A stretch of DNA of 64,000 bases, taken from Candidatus Latescibacterota bacterium (GTDB lineage: Bacteria; Latescibacterota; UBA2968; GCA-2709665). Within the stretch, counting starts at the first letter, position 1. Each line of letters starts with the position of its first letter. Under the pieces are notes generated by a model. The model did not search any database and was not told the DNA's origin. It saw only the letters and a program-made list of their open reading frames with translations. The position numbers and the translations under genes were made by a program. Location of the stretch: the NCBI GenBank assembly GCA_965237675.1, contig OZ250150.1:4384001-4448000 (forward strand), read 5' to 3'. Below, in pieces: positions 1 through 9,624 of the stretch.

Positions 1-2
1 TC

Positions 3-737
3 TGGAAGGACGCGGAGCGCGAACGCGTGCTGATTTACTCGCAGCCGTATCTCGAGAACCGGTTGATCCTCGTCGGGCGGCATGGAAGCGACGTGTCCGC
101 GGCCTCGCTGGCCGACCTCGCCGGCAAACGGATCGCCCTGGTTGCCGGGTACGCGTATGGCGAGGCTGTCGAGACGACGGATGGGCCGATCATCGTTGGC
201 TCGAACAGCGAGGAGAACAGCGTCGCAAGACTCCTCAAAGGTGAGGTCGACTACACGTTGATGGACGATCTGGTCATCCAGTACGTCATCCGCAACCACG
301 CAGAAGTCGCTCGAACGCGTCTGGCGTTCGGCTCGACGCCACTGCTCATACGCTCGCTTCACCTCGCCGTCCGCCGGTCGCTTCCGGACGCCGGGTCGAT
401 CATCTCGCGGTTCAACGCCGCGATCCTCGGCATGATCGCCGACCGCAGCTACCATCGCCTGCTCCATCTCGACTGGATTCGAGCAGACGTGGACGGCGAC
501 GGTCTCAGGGAGTACGTGCCTCACGTCGACAAAACCGGACCGCGCGCCCCGGAGCGATCCTACGACCTCTTCTCGTCGGGCAGTTCGACCACGGAGCCCG
601 GAAAGACGCGGCGCTTCTACTTCGGCGGCAACATCTACGAAGGCTGGTCCAGCGTGCCCGACCAATTCAAGGCCCAGGACTTCACGAAAGCCGAACCGGG
701 CCGACTCAAGATCAAAATCTTCACCTTCGAGTTTTAG
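3..737 (+). CDS. Periplasmic substrate-binding protein (ABC family 3-like), 5' end outside the window
   Basis: Frame is open from the window start; SBP_bac_3-type segments YSQPYL, LADLAGKRIALVAGYAYG, LLKGEVDYTLMD; C-terminal extension containing DVDGDG. Confidence 0.7.
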   Translation, partial: WKDAERERVLIYSQPYLENRLILVGRHGSDVSAASLADLAGKRIALVAGYAYGEAVETTDGPIIVGSNSEENSVARLLKGEVDYTLMDDLVIQYVIRNHAEVARTRLAFGSTPLLIRSLHLAVRRSLPDAGSIISRFNAAILGMIADRSYHRLLHLDWIRADVDGDGLREYVPHVDKTGPRAPERSYDLFSSGSSTTEPGKTRRFYFGGNIYEGWSSVPDQFKAQDFTKAEPGRLKIKIFTFEF

Positions 738-792
738 CGGGAGCGAGGTCACTACGCTCGTGACACGTGATCCGTCTATCGGGAGCGTGCAA

Positions 793-1578
793 ATGGTGTA
801 CAGCCGAACAGGGTTGACGACGACCGTCCTCACGATTCTCGTGCTTGCTGCGGCAGGTTGCGCTGAAGAACAACGCGATGAGGACATGAAGGAGGTGCGG
901 CGACGCGCCGGGCGTGGCGAAGCCGAAGCCCAATACAACCTCGGGTTGATGTACCAAACGGGCCGAGGCGTAAAACAGGACGACGCGGAGGCGGTCAGGT
1001 TGTACCGGCGCTCCGCCGACCAGGGTCACGCTGGAGCGCAGAACAACCTGGGATGGATGTACGCCAGTGGTCTGGGCGTCAAGCGGGACAATGCAGAGGC
1101 AGTCAAATGGTACCGCTCCGCCGCGGATCAGGGGCACGCCACCGCCCAGGTCAACCTTGGAACGATGTATCGGATTGGGCGAGGCGTGAAGCCGGACGCC
1201 AAGGTGGCGGTGGCGTGGTACCGGCGCGCAGCCGATCAGGACCACGTCGGCGCCCAATACCTCCTCGGGACCATGTACACCAGCGCCCGCGGGGTGCCCC
1301 GGGACTACGTGGAGGCGGTCAAGTGGTTCCAACGCGCCGTCAATCAGGGGTATGCGCCTGCACGATCCCAACTCGGTATGATGTACGCCATGGGCCTCGG
1401 CCTGGATCGGGACGACGTTTCCGCCCATGCACACTGCAGTCTGGCCGCCGCCGCGGGAGACAACCTGGGGAGAATCGTGCGCGACAACCTGGAAAAGTCG
1501 ATGACGCCCGCCCAAATAGCCGAAGCCCGGCGGCTCGCACAGGAGTGGAGCAAAAAAGCCGGGTCCGCTCGGGAATAG
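793..1578 (+). CDS. Sel1-like repeat protein with N-terminal signal/lipoprotein-like peptide
   Basis: Repeated 36-aa units (AQYNLGLMY..GRGVKQDDAEAVRLYRRSADQG); ATG 793 with GGAG RBS; LAAAGC lipobox-like. Confidence 0.9.
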   Translation: MVYSRTGLTTTVLTILVLAAAGCAEEQRDEDMKEVRRRAGRGEAEAQYNLGLMYQTGRGVKQDDAEAVRLYRRSADQGHAGAQNNLGWMYASGLGVKRDNAEAVKWYRSAADQGHATAQVNLGTMYRIGRGVKPDAKVAVAWYRRAADQDHVGAQYLLGTMYTSARGVPRDYVEAVKWFQRAVNQGYAPARSQLGMMYAMGLGLDRDDVSAHAHCSLAAAAGDNLGRIVRDNLEKSMTPAQIAEARRLAQEWSKKAGSARE

Positions 1579-1741
1579 ACGACGGGGCGCAGGATATACC
1601 GAATAGTAAACTGGATCATGGATCTCATCTACGAAGGCCGCATTGGCAAAACGAGCGGTAAACCAAAGCCCCCCAAACCTTTCGCCCTTTGACCTGCCTC
1701 GACCGTCGTCACTTTGAATTGGGCAAAACATATTTGTCCCC

Positions 1742-1780
1742 ATTGACATACGAACCACACTGCTGTATTTTGTTGTCAAT
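1742..1780 (+). promoter_or_regulatory. Putative sigma70 promoter with flanking inverted repeat (candidate autoregulatory operator)
   Basis: TTGACA 1743-1748, 17-bp spacer, TATTTT 1766-1771; ATTGACA (1742-1748) and TGTCAAT (1774-1780) are inverted repeats. Confidence 0.5.
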
Positions 1781-1833
1781 TCCAGTACTTGCTTCAGCCG
1801 GAATCTGCCTCTCTCCCACATGGAGATATGGAT

Positions 1834-2340
1834 ATGGCATCGCTTCTTCCCGTTGAGAGACCTTATAGTTTCGTCGCAGAATCGGCGCCGAGTTACACGG
1901 ATGCTCGCAACCCCAAGGACGACTCAGCCGTTGAACGATTTGTTCAGGATGTCCGACGTGCCGTAGACGAGATAAACGCGGTTGCGCTAAAAAAAATCTC
2001 TGGACTTCACGATGCCCTGGAGCACCTGGAAAAGACACCGGAAGATTTCCGTTCGTTGGGTAAGGATGGAGACATAGGAACACTGATCAAGCAAATTGAG
2101 AAATCCGAGCGTGAAGAAAAGAAGGCGAGGGTATTTATCTCCTCTTCTCAGAAAAAACTGACGGGAACAGATCAAATCCTGGTCCGTAAAATGCAGGAGG
2201 CAGACGAGAATTTATACGACATAATATCTCTGCTTCAAGAGATCCGGTGGCGCATTATGATCCTTGATAGCAAAGAACAACCCGGTTCCGGGAAGGTCTA
2301 TAGTTCGGCAAGAGAAGCCCTTGATGCTTTATGGAGTTAG
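1834..2340 (+). CDS. Hypothetical protein, probable antitoxin of the downstream RelE-like toxin
   Basis: GGAG RBS before ATG 1834; helical protein ending GKVYSSAREALDALWS, resembling antitoxin C-termini; 3 bp upstream of the toxin. Confidence 0.55.
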   Translation: MASLLPVERPYSFVAESAPSYTDARNPKDDSAVERFVQDVRRAVDEINAVALKKISGLHDALEHLEKTPEDFRSLGKDGDIGTLIKQIEKSEREEKKARVFISSSQKKLTGTDQILVRKMQEADENLYDIISLLQEIRWRIMILDSKEQPGSGKVYSSAREALDALWS

Positions 2341-2343
2341 GGC

Positions 2344-2682
2344 GTGCACGGATTTCAATTACCTCCCTTAAATACATTCAAGTACAATTCCCGGATTAAG
2401 GGAGACGTCAAGCGTTTACCGCCTGAAATAAAGAGCCAATTCGAGGCGGTTCTCTTTGAATTAGAAAAAGGCACATTGTCCAGTGGCCGACGCCTTGAAA
2501 AAGTGGGTGGTTCATTTACAGTTCGTCTAAACCAAAAATTCCGATTGGCTTTTTCCATCCACAACAGCGACACCATTGAATTTCTAACCGTAGGAAATCA
2601 CGATCAAGTGTATGGATATTTGAACAGGACACGGGTAAAAAGAAAATCGGCAAAGCATCGACGACGAATGCGGAACCCATAG
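2344..2682 (+). CDS. RelE/ParE-superfamily toxin
   Basis: 112-aa basic protein with DVKRLP, RLEKV, FTVRLNQKFRLAF and C-terminal VGNHDQVY motifs typical of the RelE fold. Confidence 0.75.
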   Translation: MHGFQLPPLNTFKYNSRIKGDVKRLPPEIKSQFEAVLFELEKGTLSSGRRLEKVGGSFTVRLNQKFRLAFSIHNSDTIEFLTVGNHDQVYGYLNRTRVKRKSAKHRRRMRNP

Positions 2683-2684
2683 GT

Positions 2685-2900
2685 TCACAAGGATGTATCA
2701 CAAAAACAACAAGGCCCCCTGAAATGCCGGGGGCCTTTCGCATTTGCAATATCGGGTCGATCTCGTACCGGCTGCGGTTCGTAGCGATCGACCTCGATTT
2801 TATGCTCTCGAGCCTGCGCCTGAGCGACGCCAGAGGCCGCCTGAATACGTATCCAGGTCTCCGTCGTGGAGCCGAAGGCCCTGGCCAACCGAACCGCCAT
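2685..2900 (-). pseudogene. C-terminal remnant of a HigA-family antitoxin
   Basis: MAVRLARAFGSTTETWIRIQ...KIEVDRYEPQPV matches the HigA (VapI) C-terminal half; N-terminal HTH missing. Confidence 0.7.
2711..2738. terminator. Probable bidirectional intrinsic terminator
   Basis: Stem AAGGCCCC/GGGGCCTT between convergent genes, with short A/T tails. Confidence 0.6.
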
Positions 2901-3349
2901 GTCGTCGAAAATCCGCGAACGGCAGTTGACCAGGTTAGAGAGTCATCACGAAAACTTACAGTTTGCGTTACAGTACGTATCCGGAACTCGAGATCGTCTC
3001 GGTGTTGCGTATCCGATCTTCGGAGCACGCAAAAATGATGTTAATCGGGCAGGGTACGGAGTAGACGCAGGTGGTAATTGGGTCGAAATTTTGCATTACA
3101 ATTGCATAATTTCCAGTTATGGGCCATCCGCACATCAAACGTTCACTGGAACCGGTACTCAAGATGCCGGAATGTCGACTTCACGGCCGTTGTCCTGACA
3201 GGACCGCGCCATGCCGGTGTTTCACTTGGCTGCGCCGACAGCAGCACCTGTAGAACAGGGTGTGCAATGAGATTGGGTAGGTCGAAGTTATCCGATCGGG
3301 ACGTGCCGTTCGTTACCGGGAGTGACGTTGCAGCGCGTTAAATTCGTGT

Positions 3350-4436
3350 TCACGGATCGAATATCAAAAATTCGCTTGCAATCTGGTTCAGCGCGCGGCA
3401 TTCAGATCTTTCAGTCCTAACAACCACCTTTAGCTCTTCCTTAGTCAATCGCTCGTCGATACCGATTGTTGAAATTGCGAAAGCATCGATATTTGGATCA
3501 ATCTGGGGAAGCGTCAGAGATTGCAGCCGAGGTTTTAAGCCCAATGATAGTTGGAAGTCCTCGCTAAGCAATAGGCTAACCGCAACGAGATTTGGATGAT
3601 GGTTCTTCAAGTCATTTGAATCTTTCTTCGCATTAACCGCCTCCCGTAGCACACATTCGACGTGCGATTTGGGATCACCCGTTTGGTTCGGGACTATGCC
3701 TGGCATATATGCGTCAGGATCATTACCCTTAACCCAAATATGTAGCGAACTTTCCGTGTCTTTGTGTAGGACCACGGAGTATTCAAACTCCGCGTCCTTT
3801 TTGGCCTTAGCAAGAAAGGTTGGGTCGACGAACGGCGTCAATATTTCATCAAGAAATCGATCCCGCTCGTTATGCGTGCTCGGCAGCGAAAACGGCAGAC
3901 AGGAATCATAGCTGGCAGTCACAGCAGAGTCGTGTTTCTCCAAGAGCTCTTCGAAGGAAATAAAACAATCCAAACGATTTACGAGGAGCGTAGCATTCTA
4001 CAAACCAGCGGTCGCCACATACATCCAATGACAAGTCTGGACCAGTCCCTTGATCGCTGGCTTTTACCCACTTTATTTTGGTCCCGACTGAGCAGAGATG
4101 CTCAGCAACCTGAAGTTGCCAAACGAAAGACCAATAGTCCGCGAACTCTGCCGAACTTGACCATGGCTTTTTCTCGTTTTCCCAGTTCGGAATTCGCTCT
4201 GAGCAGCAAAGTAATTCTTCCAGTCGCTGAAACGTACACTCATCAAACCAAGTTCCAAGACGCCAAGACAAAAAGTGGCAAAAATATGGAGGGCTCTCTG
4301 AGCGCTTTTTCATTGTCTCGATTGGAAATGTCCGTCCAATCGCCGGATAGCGCTCACAGCGAGATTCGATAAGTTCCCAATCGATTAGCTGGTGAACCAA
4401 TTCACGCTGAGCTGATTTGCCTTGAGTTGTTGTCAT
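3350..4436 (-). pseudogene. Frameshifted hypothetical protein with PD-(D/E)XK nuclease-like motif (ORFs 3906-4436 and 3350-3973)
   Basis: GPDLSLDVCGDRWFVECY motif; removing one base near 3952-3956 joins the two ORFs (FYFL-EELLEK); lower GC than the flanks. Confidence 0.55.
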
Positions 4437-4680
4437 CCATCATATCTCTCGGATACGGTTCGATTAATCGTTCCGCAACCAATGGTAGCGCTCAACCAAT
4501 ATCCGAACTTCGTTTCTGCCCGACGGAATAAGGTTGTAAGTTGACCCGGGGGGCACATCCAGAACTCTGTGCTGGAACATCACGCCGTATATTGTCGAAT
4601 GGCCAGATCCGGCGAGACGGCCGCTTCGCCGGACCGCGGTGCCCGGACCAAATGTCGGCACGGGTCGTACGACGATAGGA

Positions 4681-5208
4681 CTAGTGAGAGACGGCTTCCT
4701 CGAATTCCGCGATTTCGACGTCTTCGAATCTCTTTTCGATGATTGAAATCGCGTCGTTTCGCTTCCATTCATCCCAGTGTTTCCGGATGGCGCCGCGGGA
4801 GTTCTCGACGAGGCTGTCGGGTTCCGGGTGAATGATCACGAACCGCCTTCCCGATCTTCCATAGTACCAGTCGACCAACTCGGTGTTGATTCCCTTATCG
4901 CCGAGGCCCTGCCGCATGACGGGCTGATGCCCGAAGTGCTCGACCTCGATCCGATCTTCGTCACGGCGGGCCTCGATGAGGTCGTAGGCGGTTTGTTGGC
5001 GCAGCCAGAAATCCGCGTTTGACCACCCCGCCTTCTCCAGCCGGATGGCCATTTCGGGCGACACAGCCGCGTGGCCGTTGAGTACCCGCGAGAGCGTGTG
5101 ACGCGCAACACCCAGCACCCGCGCCGCGTCAGTGACGCTCAGGCCGAGCGGTTCCAGAAAGTTCTCCTTGATACTCAGACCGGGATGGGACGGATTCTCC
5201 ATAGCCAT
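4681..5208 (-). CDS. higA: HigA-family (XRE) antitoxin with an extra ~78-aa C-terminal segment
   Basis: [10 protein letters not shown]...[36 protein letters not shown]...[10 protein letters not shown]; GGAGG RBS; reads on past QPV into unrelated sequence. Confidence 0.8.
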   Translation of the reverse strand: MAMENPSHPGLSIKENFLEPLGLSVTDAARVLGVARHTLSRVLNGHAAVSPEMAIRLEKAGWSNADFWLRQQTAYDLIEARRDEDRIEVEHFGHQPVMRQGLGDKGINTELVDWYYGRSGRRFVIIHPEPDSLVENSRGAIRKHWDEWKRNDAISIIEKRFEDVEIAEFEEAVSH

Positions 5209-5479
5209 GATGTCTACCTCCCACGGCGTGCAGGCACACGAATTATCACGAATTATAAGGTATGTATCGCGTACCGGTACGCGTGTCAAGTAAATTTGCC
5301 CCGGACGGTTCCATCCGTTCGGAGCTAAACCCGCACGCGTATCCGGTATCGTCCTGGGAGAACCACCCGGTCAATGGCATCGTTCGCATTCGCAAGCCAT
5401 CTCGGGTATCCAACCGCCGGCTCGTCAATACGAGACCCCGACGGGCGTTCCGATCGGGGCCTATCGGAACATTGAGCAC

Positions 5480-5862
5480 CTCTCAGGTATTATTTCGGCT
5501 GCAACGGCGATAAGATCGTAAACTTCGCGTTTCTCGTGGCTGAACGGATCAATCCACGTCCTACCACTACAGTTTCTCCCAATAGGTGCACCCAGGTGCA
5601 ATCGCGTTCAAGCCCGCAATGTCAAACGACCACTCGGGTAGTTCGTCGGCGATGTACGGGACAATCGCACAGGTTAAACTCGGAACCAGCGCCGACCGCG
5701 CACCCGCCTCAATCCTGAGAAGAGTGTATCCAGTACGACACAGACCCAGAAGTCTTTCTCCACATAGCTTGGCAGAGTATCGAGGCGGTTCGCCGCGGCA
5801 TCAAAAACGTCGCATCGGTCCTCTTCCGGCACGGCGGGAAACGAATGAGACATTCCGTTCAT
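5480..5862 (-). pseudogene. Decayed AbiEii-type nucleotidyltransferase toxin (type IV TA)
   Basis: N-terminus ..AANRLDTLPSYVEKDFWVC; downstream fragment IVPYIADELP..IAPGCTYWEKL (PERTFWEK-like); large internal deletions and stops. Confidence 0.65.
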
Positions 5863-6339
5863 ATTTCGTCCGCCGCGTCACTGTTGATACGGCGAGAAAG
5901 CGGCACTGCCGAGCCGGGTAGATCACGACTGTTCTGCATCAGGTTGAGTTTTACATCGTCGGGCAGGCGGCGCTTCAATGTCGAAACGACCTGAGCGTCG
6001 GCCGCCGCGGGTCCCAGCCACCGCAATGCCAGAACCACCGGGGCCGCGGGTCGCCCCGCCCATTTCATGACCCTCGGGCCCGCGTGCCGAAACTGGACCG
6101 TCCACCCGTCGATATTCAGAGTCCTGGGGGAGCCATCGGTCACGTAGCGAGCCCTGGCGGGTACCGCATTCGTGATGCCCAGCTGGCTTGCCGCCACCAG
6201 ACCATCCGGCATGATGCGGACGCCGTCCCGCCTTGCCAGCGCTGTGATCGCAGCATCCAGGTCGACCGGCGCGGGCCGCTTCAGTATGCGGAGGATCATC
6301 AGATCGGAGAATCCGCCGCCGGATCGGTCGTTGTAACAT
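5859..6339 (-). pseudogene. AbiEi-type antitoxin (DUF6088-like), internally deleted/frameshifted
   Basis: ALARRDGVRIMPDGLVAASQLGITNAVPA...YVTDGSPRTL..FRHAGPR; ATGA-coupled to the AbiEii remnant; N-terminus in another frame. Confidence 0.65.
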
Positions 6340-6491
6340 GTCCGAGACGCCAGTTTGCTGTAGGCGTTGCGAGCGATTTAATCATTTTGTCTCGCGATAT
6401 TTATTGGGTATCTTAGAGAACACGCGAATGGAATCTGCCCACATATCGGTGCGCTCCGTGGACATTCCGACCGTACTTTCGAAATGCTTGC

Positions 6492-6746
6492 ATGAACCGA
6501 CACACTCAGCTTCGACAGCAGATTTTGGAAGGTGGCTCGGATGCAAACGTCCGATTCGACAACTTGCGCTCGTTACTCCGGAGGCTGGGGTTCACTGAAC
6601 GGATACGAGGAGGCCATCACATATTTCGTAAGGAAGGTATCGCTGAACGGCTGAATCTTCAGCGCGATAGCAGTCACGCGAAACCCTACCAGGTCCGACA
6701 GGTTCGAGGAGTTATCTTGAAATACAGGCTGAAGGAACCAGACTGA
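6492..6746 (+). CDS. hicA: HicA-family toxin
   Basis: LLRRLGFTERIRGGHHIF...AKPYQVRQV motifs. Confidence 0.9.
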   Translation: MNRHTQLRQQILEGGSDANVRFDNLRSLLRRLGFTERIRGGHHIFRKEGIAERLNLQRDSSHAKPYQVRQVRGVILKYRLKEPD

Positions 6747-6958
6747 TGTATAAATACGAGATCATTATATATTGGAGCAACACCGACGGCGTCTTCGTAG
6801 CTGAAGTGCCCGAGTTGCCCGGATGCCTGGCCCATGGAGAGACGCAGGAAGCCGCGCTCAAACACATCAACCGGGCGATGGAGCTCTGGATTGACACCGC
6901 TCGCGAGTTCGGTGATCCAATACCAGAACCAAAGGGCGAACGCCTGATGCTGGCTTAG
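6746..6958 (+). CDS. hicB: HicB-family antitoxin
   Basis: FVAEVPELPGCLAHGETQEAAL...IPEPKG; TGATG overlap with hicA. Confidence 0.9.
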   Translation: MYKYEIIIYWSNTDGVFVAEVPELPGCLAHGETQEAALKHINRAMELWIDTAREFGDPIPEPKGERLMLA

Positions 6959-7098
6959 CGGTCATCGACCAGATCGGTACAGGTAGCCATCTAGCCTGAA
7001 ATGATGAACACGTAGATGCGCTTCGATTCCTCGTCGCCTAACCTACATATTGCCCGTCCCTCTTACATTTCCAACACATCATGCGCAAGACTCGTAAT

Positions 7099-7491
7099 TC
7101 ATAACTGCGACACGCTGTCAATCCGTGCCGCCTTTTTGTCGAAGCTGTAGAGCGGATACGCTCCAGACCGTTCGGCCGCCGCCAGGATCATCAGATCGGA
7201 AAATCCGCCGACGGACGCGCGGTATCGCAACGCAGCGCGAGCCACGTCGTTGGCCTCTTCTATGACGAGACCCTCCGTGGCCACCAGTTCCACCAGTATC
7301 TTCGCAATCTTGCCAGGCGAAGAGCCGTAAGCCCGTTCCAGTACCCACACAAGTTCGACGATCACCTCGCGGCAGACGAAACCCGGACGGTCTGCGGTGA
7401 GGGACTCCAGCAGCGCGCGGGCCGCCTCGGCCTGCTGCTCGTCGTCGCGCACCAGATAGCGAACAAGCACATTGGTATCGAGGCCGATCAT
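7099..7491 (-). CDS. vapC: VapC PIN-domain toxin
   Basis: IGLDTNVLVR, EVIVELVWVL, FSDLMI, SFDKK acidic PIN motifs. Confidence 0.9.
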   Translation of the reverse strand: MIGLDTNVLVRYLVRDDEQQAEAARALLESLTADRPGFVCREVIVELVWVLERAYGSSPGKIAKILVELVATEGLVIEEANDVARAALRYRASVGGFSDLMILAAAERSGAYPLYSFDKKAARIDSVSQL

Positions 7492-7721
7492 TCGACAGCC
7501 GCCCCGTCGGATACGGCCTGCTCCATTTCCTCGACGGTCACGACGCCGCCACGATGCTGCAGCACGCCGAATAACCGGTTGATGGGCCGCAGGGGCAGGA
7601 GGCGCACGTCGCCGTCGGTAATGACGTACCGCAACCTGTCCCCGGCATGTACGCCGAGCGCCTCCCGCACAAACTTGGGAATTGTCGTCTGTCCCTTCCT
7701 GGTGATCGAAGATTCATGCAT
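7488..7721 (-). CDS. AbrB/MazE/SpoVT-family antitoxin
   Basis: SSITRKGQTTIPKFVREALGVHAGD; 4-bp overlap with vapC. Confidence 0.9.
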   Translation of the reverse strand: MHESSITRKGQTTIPKFVREALGVHAGDRLRYVITDGDVRLLPLRPINRLFGVLQHRGGVVTVEEMEQAVSDGAAVE

Positions 7722-7863
7722 GGCGATTCCTCCATTTTCCTTTCAATTTACAACAATTCCATTCTTTTTGCAATAAAGTAAGGAAAAATTCTCATCGCTG
7801 TGCATATTCTTACTCTTTCCGTCCCGTCAAACCGGGCTGAGTTTACCGGGCACCCTCGATTGG

Positions 7864-7938
7864 AAAACGATCGTTTCTTTGTCAAGCACTTTGTAAAACG
7901 TTCGTTTCTTTATAGAGTCGTAACGAATCGATCGTTTT
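7864..7938. promoter_or_regulatory. Three phased copies of a quasi-palindromic box (AAAACGATCGTTTC-like)
   Basis: Boxes at 7864-7877, 7895-7908 and 7925-7938, spaced 31 and 30 bp; minus-strand TTGACA at 7880-7885. Confidence 0.5.
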
Positions 7939-8089
7939 CTTACGGTCGCGACTTTCCAGACACTGCTGCTCATAAACGCGCGACCCCGGCAGGCGAACCC
8001 GTCGGGGTCTATTGATGCTTTGGGCGCCGTGGGACGGCGCGTCCTGTCTAATCGATATCGGTCTTGTGATTTGCTATAAGTCTCCCGTC

Positions 8090-8686
8090 TTACGACTCGG
8101 CAATTTGTCGCCAGACCGCCCGCGCTCGTGTCTCCAGTTCCGCCACCGTCCCGGTGTTTTCGATCACGTAGTCCGCGGCGTTCACCTTCTCCGATTCGGG
8201 CAGTTGAGACGCCATCCGGTCCCTGACTTCCGCCTCGGTCAGGCCCTTCCGTTCCATAGCCCGTTGAATCCGGATCGCCTCCGGCGCCGTGACGACCACC
8301 AGGACGTCGCACAGAGCGCGATGGTCGCCCCATTCCAGAAACAGCGCGGCGTCGATCACCACCGTCCGGTCCGGACACTCGTCGAGCGCGCGCCTGGAAT
8401 CCTCCCGCAACCTCCGCACCAGCGGCGGCCACACGATGGTATTCAGCCCGTCTCTTGCCTCAGCCGAAGCGAACGCGCGCCGCCCGAGTTCCCGCCGGAT
8501 CAGGTTCCCGTCTGCATCCAGAATAACCCCACCGAACGCCGTTGACAACGCCCGGAGGACCGCCGGATCCTCCGCCGACTGCCGCCCCACCCTATCAGCG
8601 TCGATCACCCACGCGCCTTCCTGGACGAAAAAACCACACACACAACTCTTGCCCGCGCCCATGCCCCCTGTCACGCCGACAATCAC
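8090..8686 (-). CDS. coaE: Dephospho-CoA kinase
   Basis: IVGVTGGMGAGKS P-loop, VIDAD, RRELGRRAF, RMASQLP, ADYVIEN. Confidence 0.95.
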   Translation of the reverse strand: MIVGVTGGMGAGKSCVCGFFVQEGAWVIDADRVGRQSAEDPAVLRALSTAFGGVILDADGNLIRRELGRRAFASAEARDGLNTIVWPPLVRRLREDSRRALDECPDRTVVIDAALFLEWGDHRALCDVLVVVTAPEAIRIQRAMERKGLTEAEVRDRMASQLPESEKVNAADYVIENTGTVAELETRARAVWRQIAES

Positions 8687-9624
8687 GACCGATCTCCGGA
8701 TCGCCGCACCCGCAACCGCAGGCGGACCGGCAAGGCATCTTCGGGAGATTCCTCATCCCAGCGTTCGATGATCCGCCGGTTGCGGACCCGAACCGCCAAA
8801 AACACCCCGAGAAGCAGCAACGTCATGTAGAGCCAGAAAGCCTCCGCCGATGTCAGCAACGCCGCTGCGCTGAACCGACCCTTCGCATATTCGGTCCACT
8901 CCCGTTCAAACTTCCGCGGCGTGAGTCCGGTAATCCGGAACAACGCCACGTCAAATGAAACCCCGGACCCGAGCGAATGTACAACCTGCGCAACGGCGCC
9001 CGGCCCGCCCAGGTGAATCAGGTAAAGGACGGCCAGCAGGCTTTCCGTGTACGCCAGGCGCGCCCTTGAAGACGAAAAACCGAGGACCCCTTCGATTTCC
9101 CCCAGCGGAACCAGTCCGCCGGAGAAAATCGCATAGGAAACCTCGGTGCTTTCTCGAAATCGCCATTCCTGCGCGGCCCACATGGCCACGCCTTCGTCGA
9201 ACCAGCGTGGCACGCGCGCCCGCGCCAGGTGGTGCAACAGAATATGTGAGAGTTCGTGCCGGGCCGTCTTCAGGACCTGGCCGCGCTGCCCGTCCAGCAG
9301 GCGCAACACGGCGATCCGCTCAACCGGAAAGGCGCAACCCACCCCCCAGTGGGGAATTCGTCCGCGTGTGACGGCCTGAAAAAGCGGCTGCGAACCGGCT
9401 ACGTAAATTGTCACCGGGACATCGTGGCCGCCGCCCAGCTTCTCCGCAACCTCGGACCTCCCGGAGATCAGCTCATCCAGAAGCCCCCACGCCGACGCCC
9501 TGTCGATGTCCTGAAACCGAAGCGACAGTCCCTCCCGTTCGAGTTGCTCCCAACCTGCCGCGGATAGCGGGCGGCACGTCAGGCAGAACACCCAGATCAA
9601 CGGGCAGAACCGCCGCGCGTTCAT
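8683..9624 (-). CDS. Peptidase MA-like zinc metalloprotease, membrane anchored
   Basis: RHELSH (HExxH), VPRWFDEGVA, LAYTES; signal peptide and C-terminal TM helix. Confidence 0.75.
   Translation of the reverse strand: MNARRFCPLIWVFCLTCRPLSAAGWEQLEREGLSLRFQDIDRASAWGLLDELISGRSEVAEKLGGGHDVPVTIYVAGSQPLFQAVTRGRIPHWGVGCAFPVERIAVLRLLDGQRGQVLKTARHELSHILLHHLARARVPRWFDEGVAMWAAQEWRFRESTEVSYAIFSGGLVPLGEIEGVLGFSSSRARLAYTESLLAVLYLIHLGGPGAVAQVVHSLGSGVSFDVALFRITGLTPRKFEREWTEYAKGRFSAAALLTSAEAFWLYMTLLLLGVFLAVRVRNRRIIERWDEESPEDALPVRLRLRVRRSGDRS

Noticed and set aside
2900-3345. Short ORFs between the HigA remnant and the nuclease-like gene
   Set aside because: Probably decayed gene debris, but no family recognisable.
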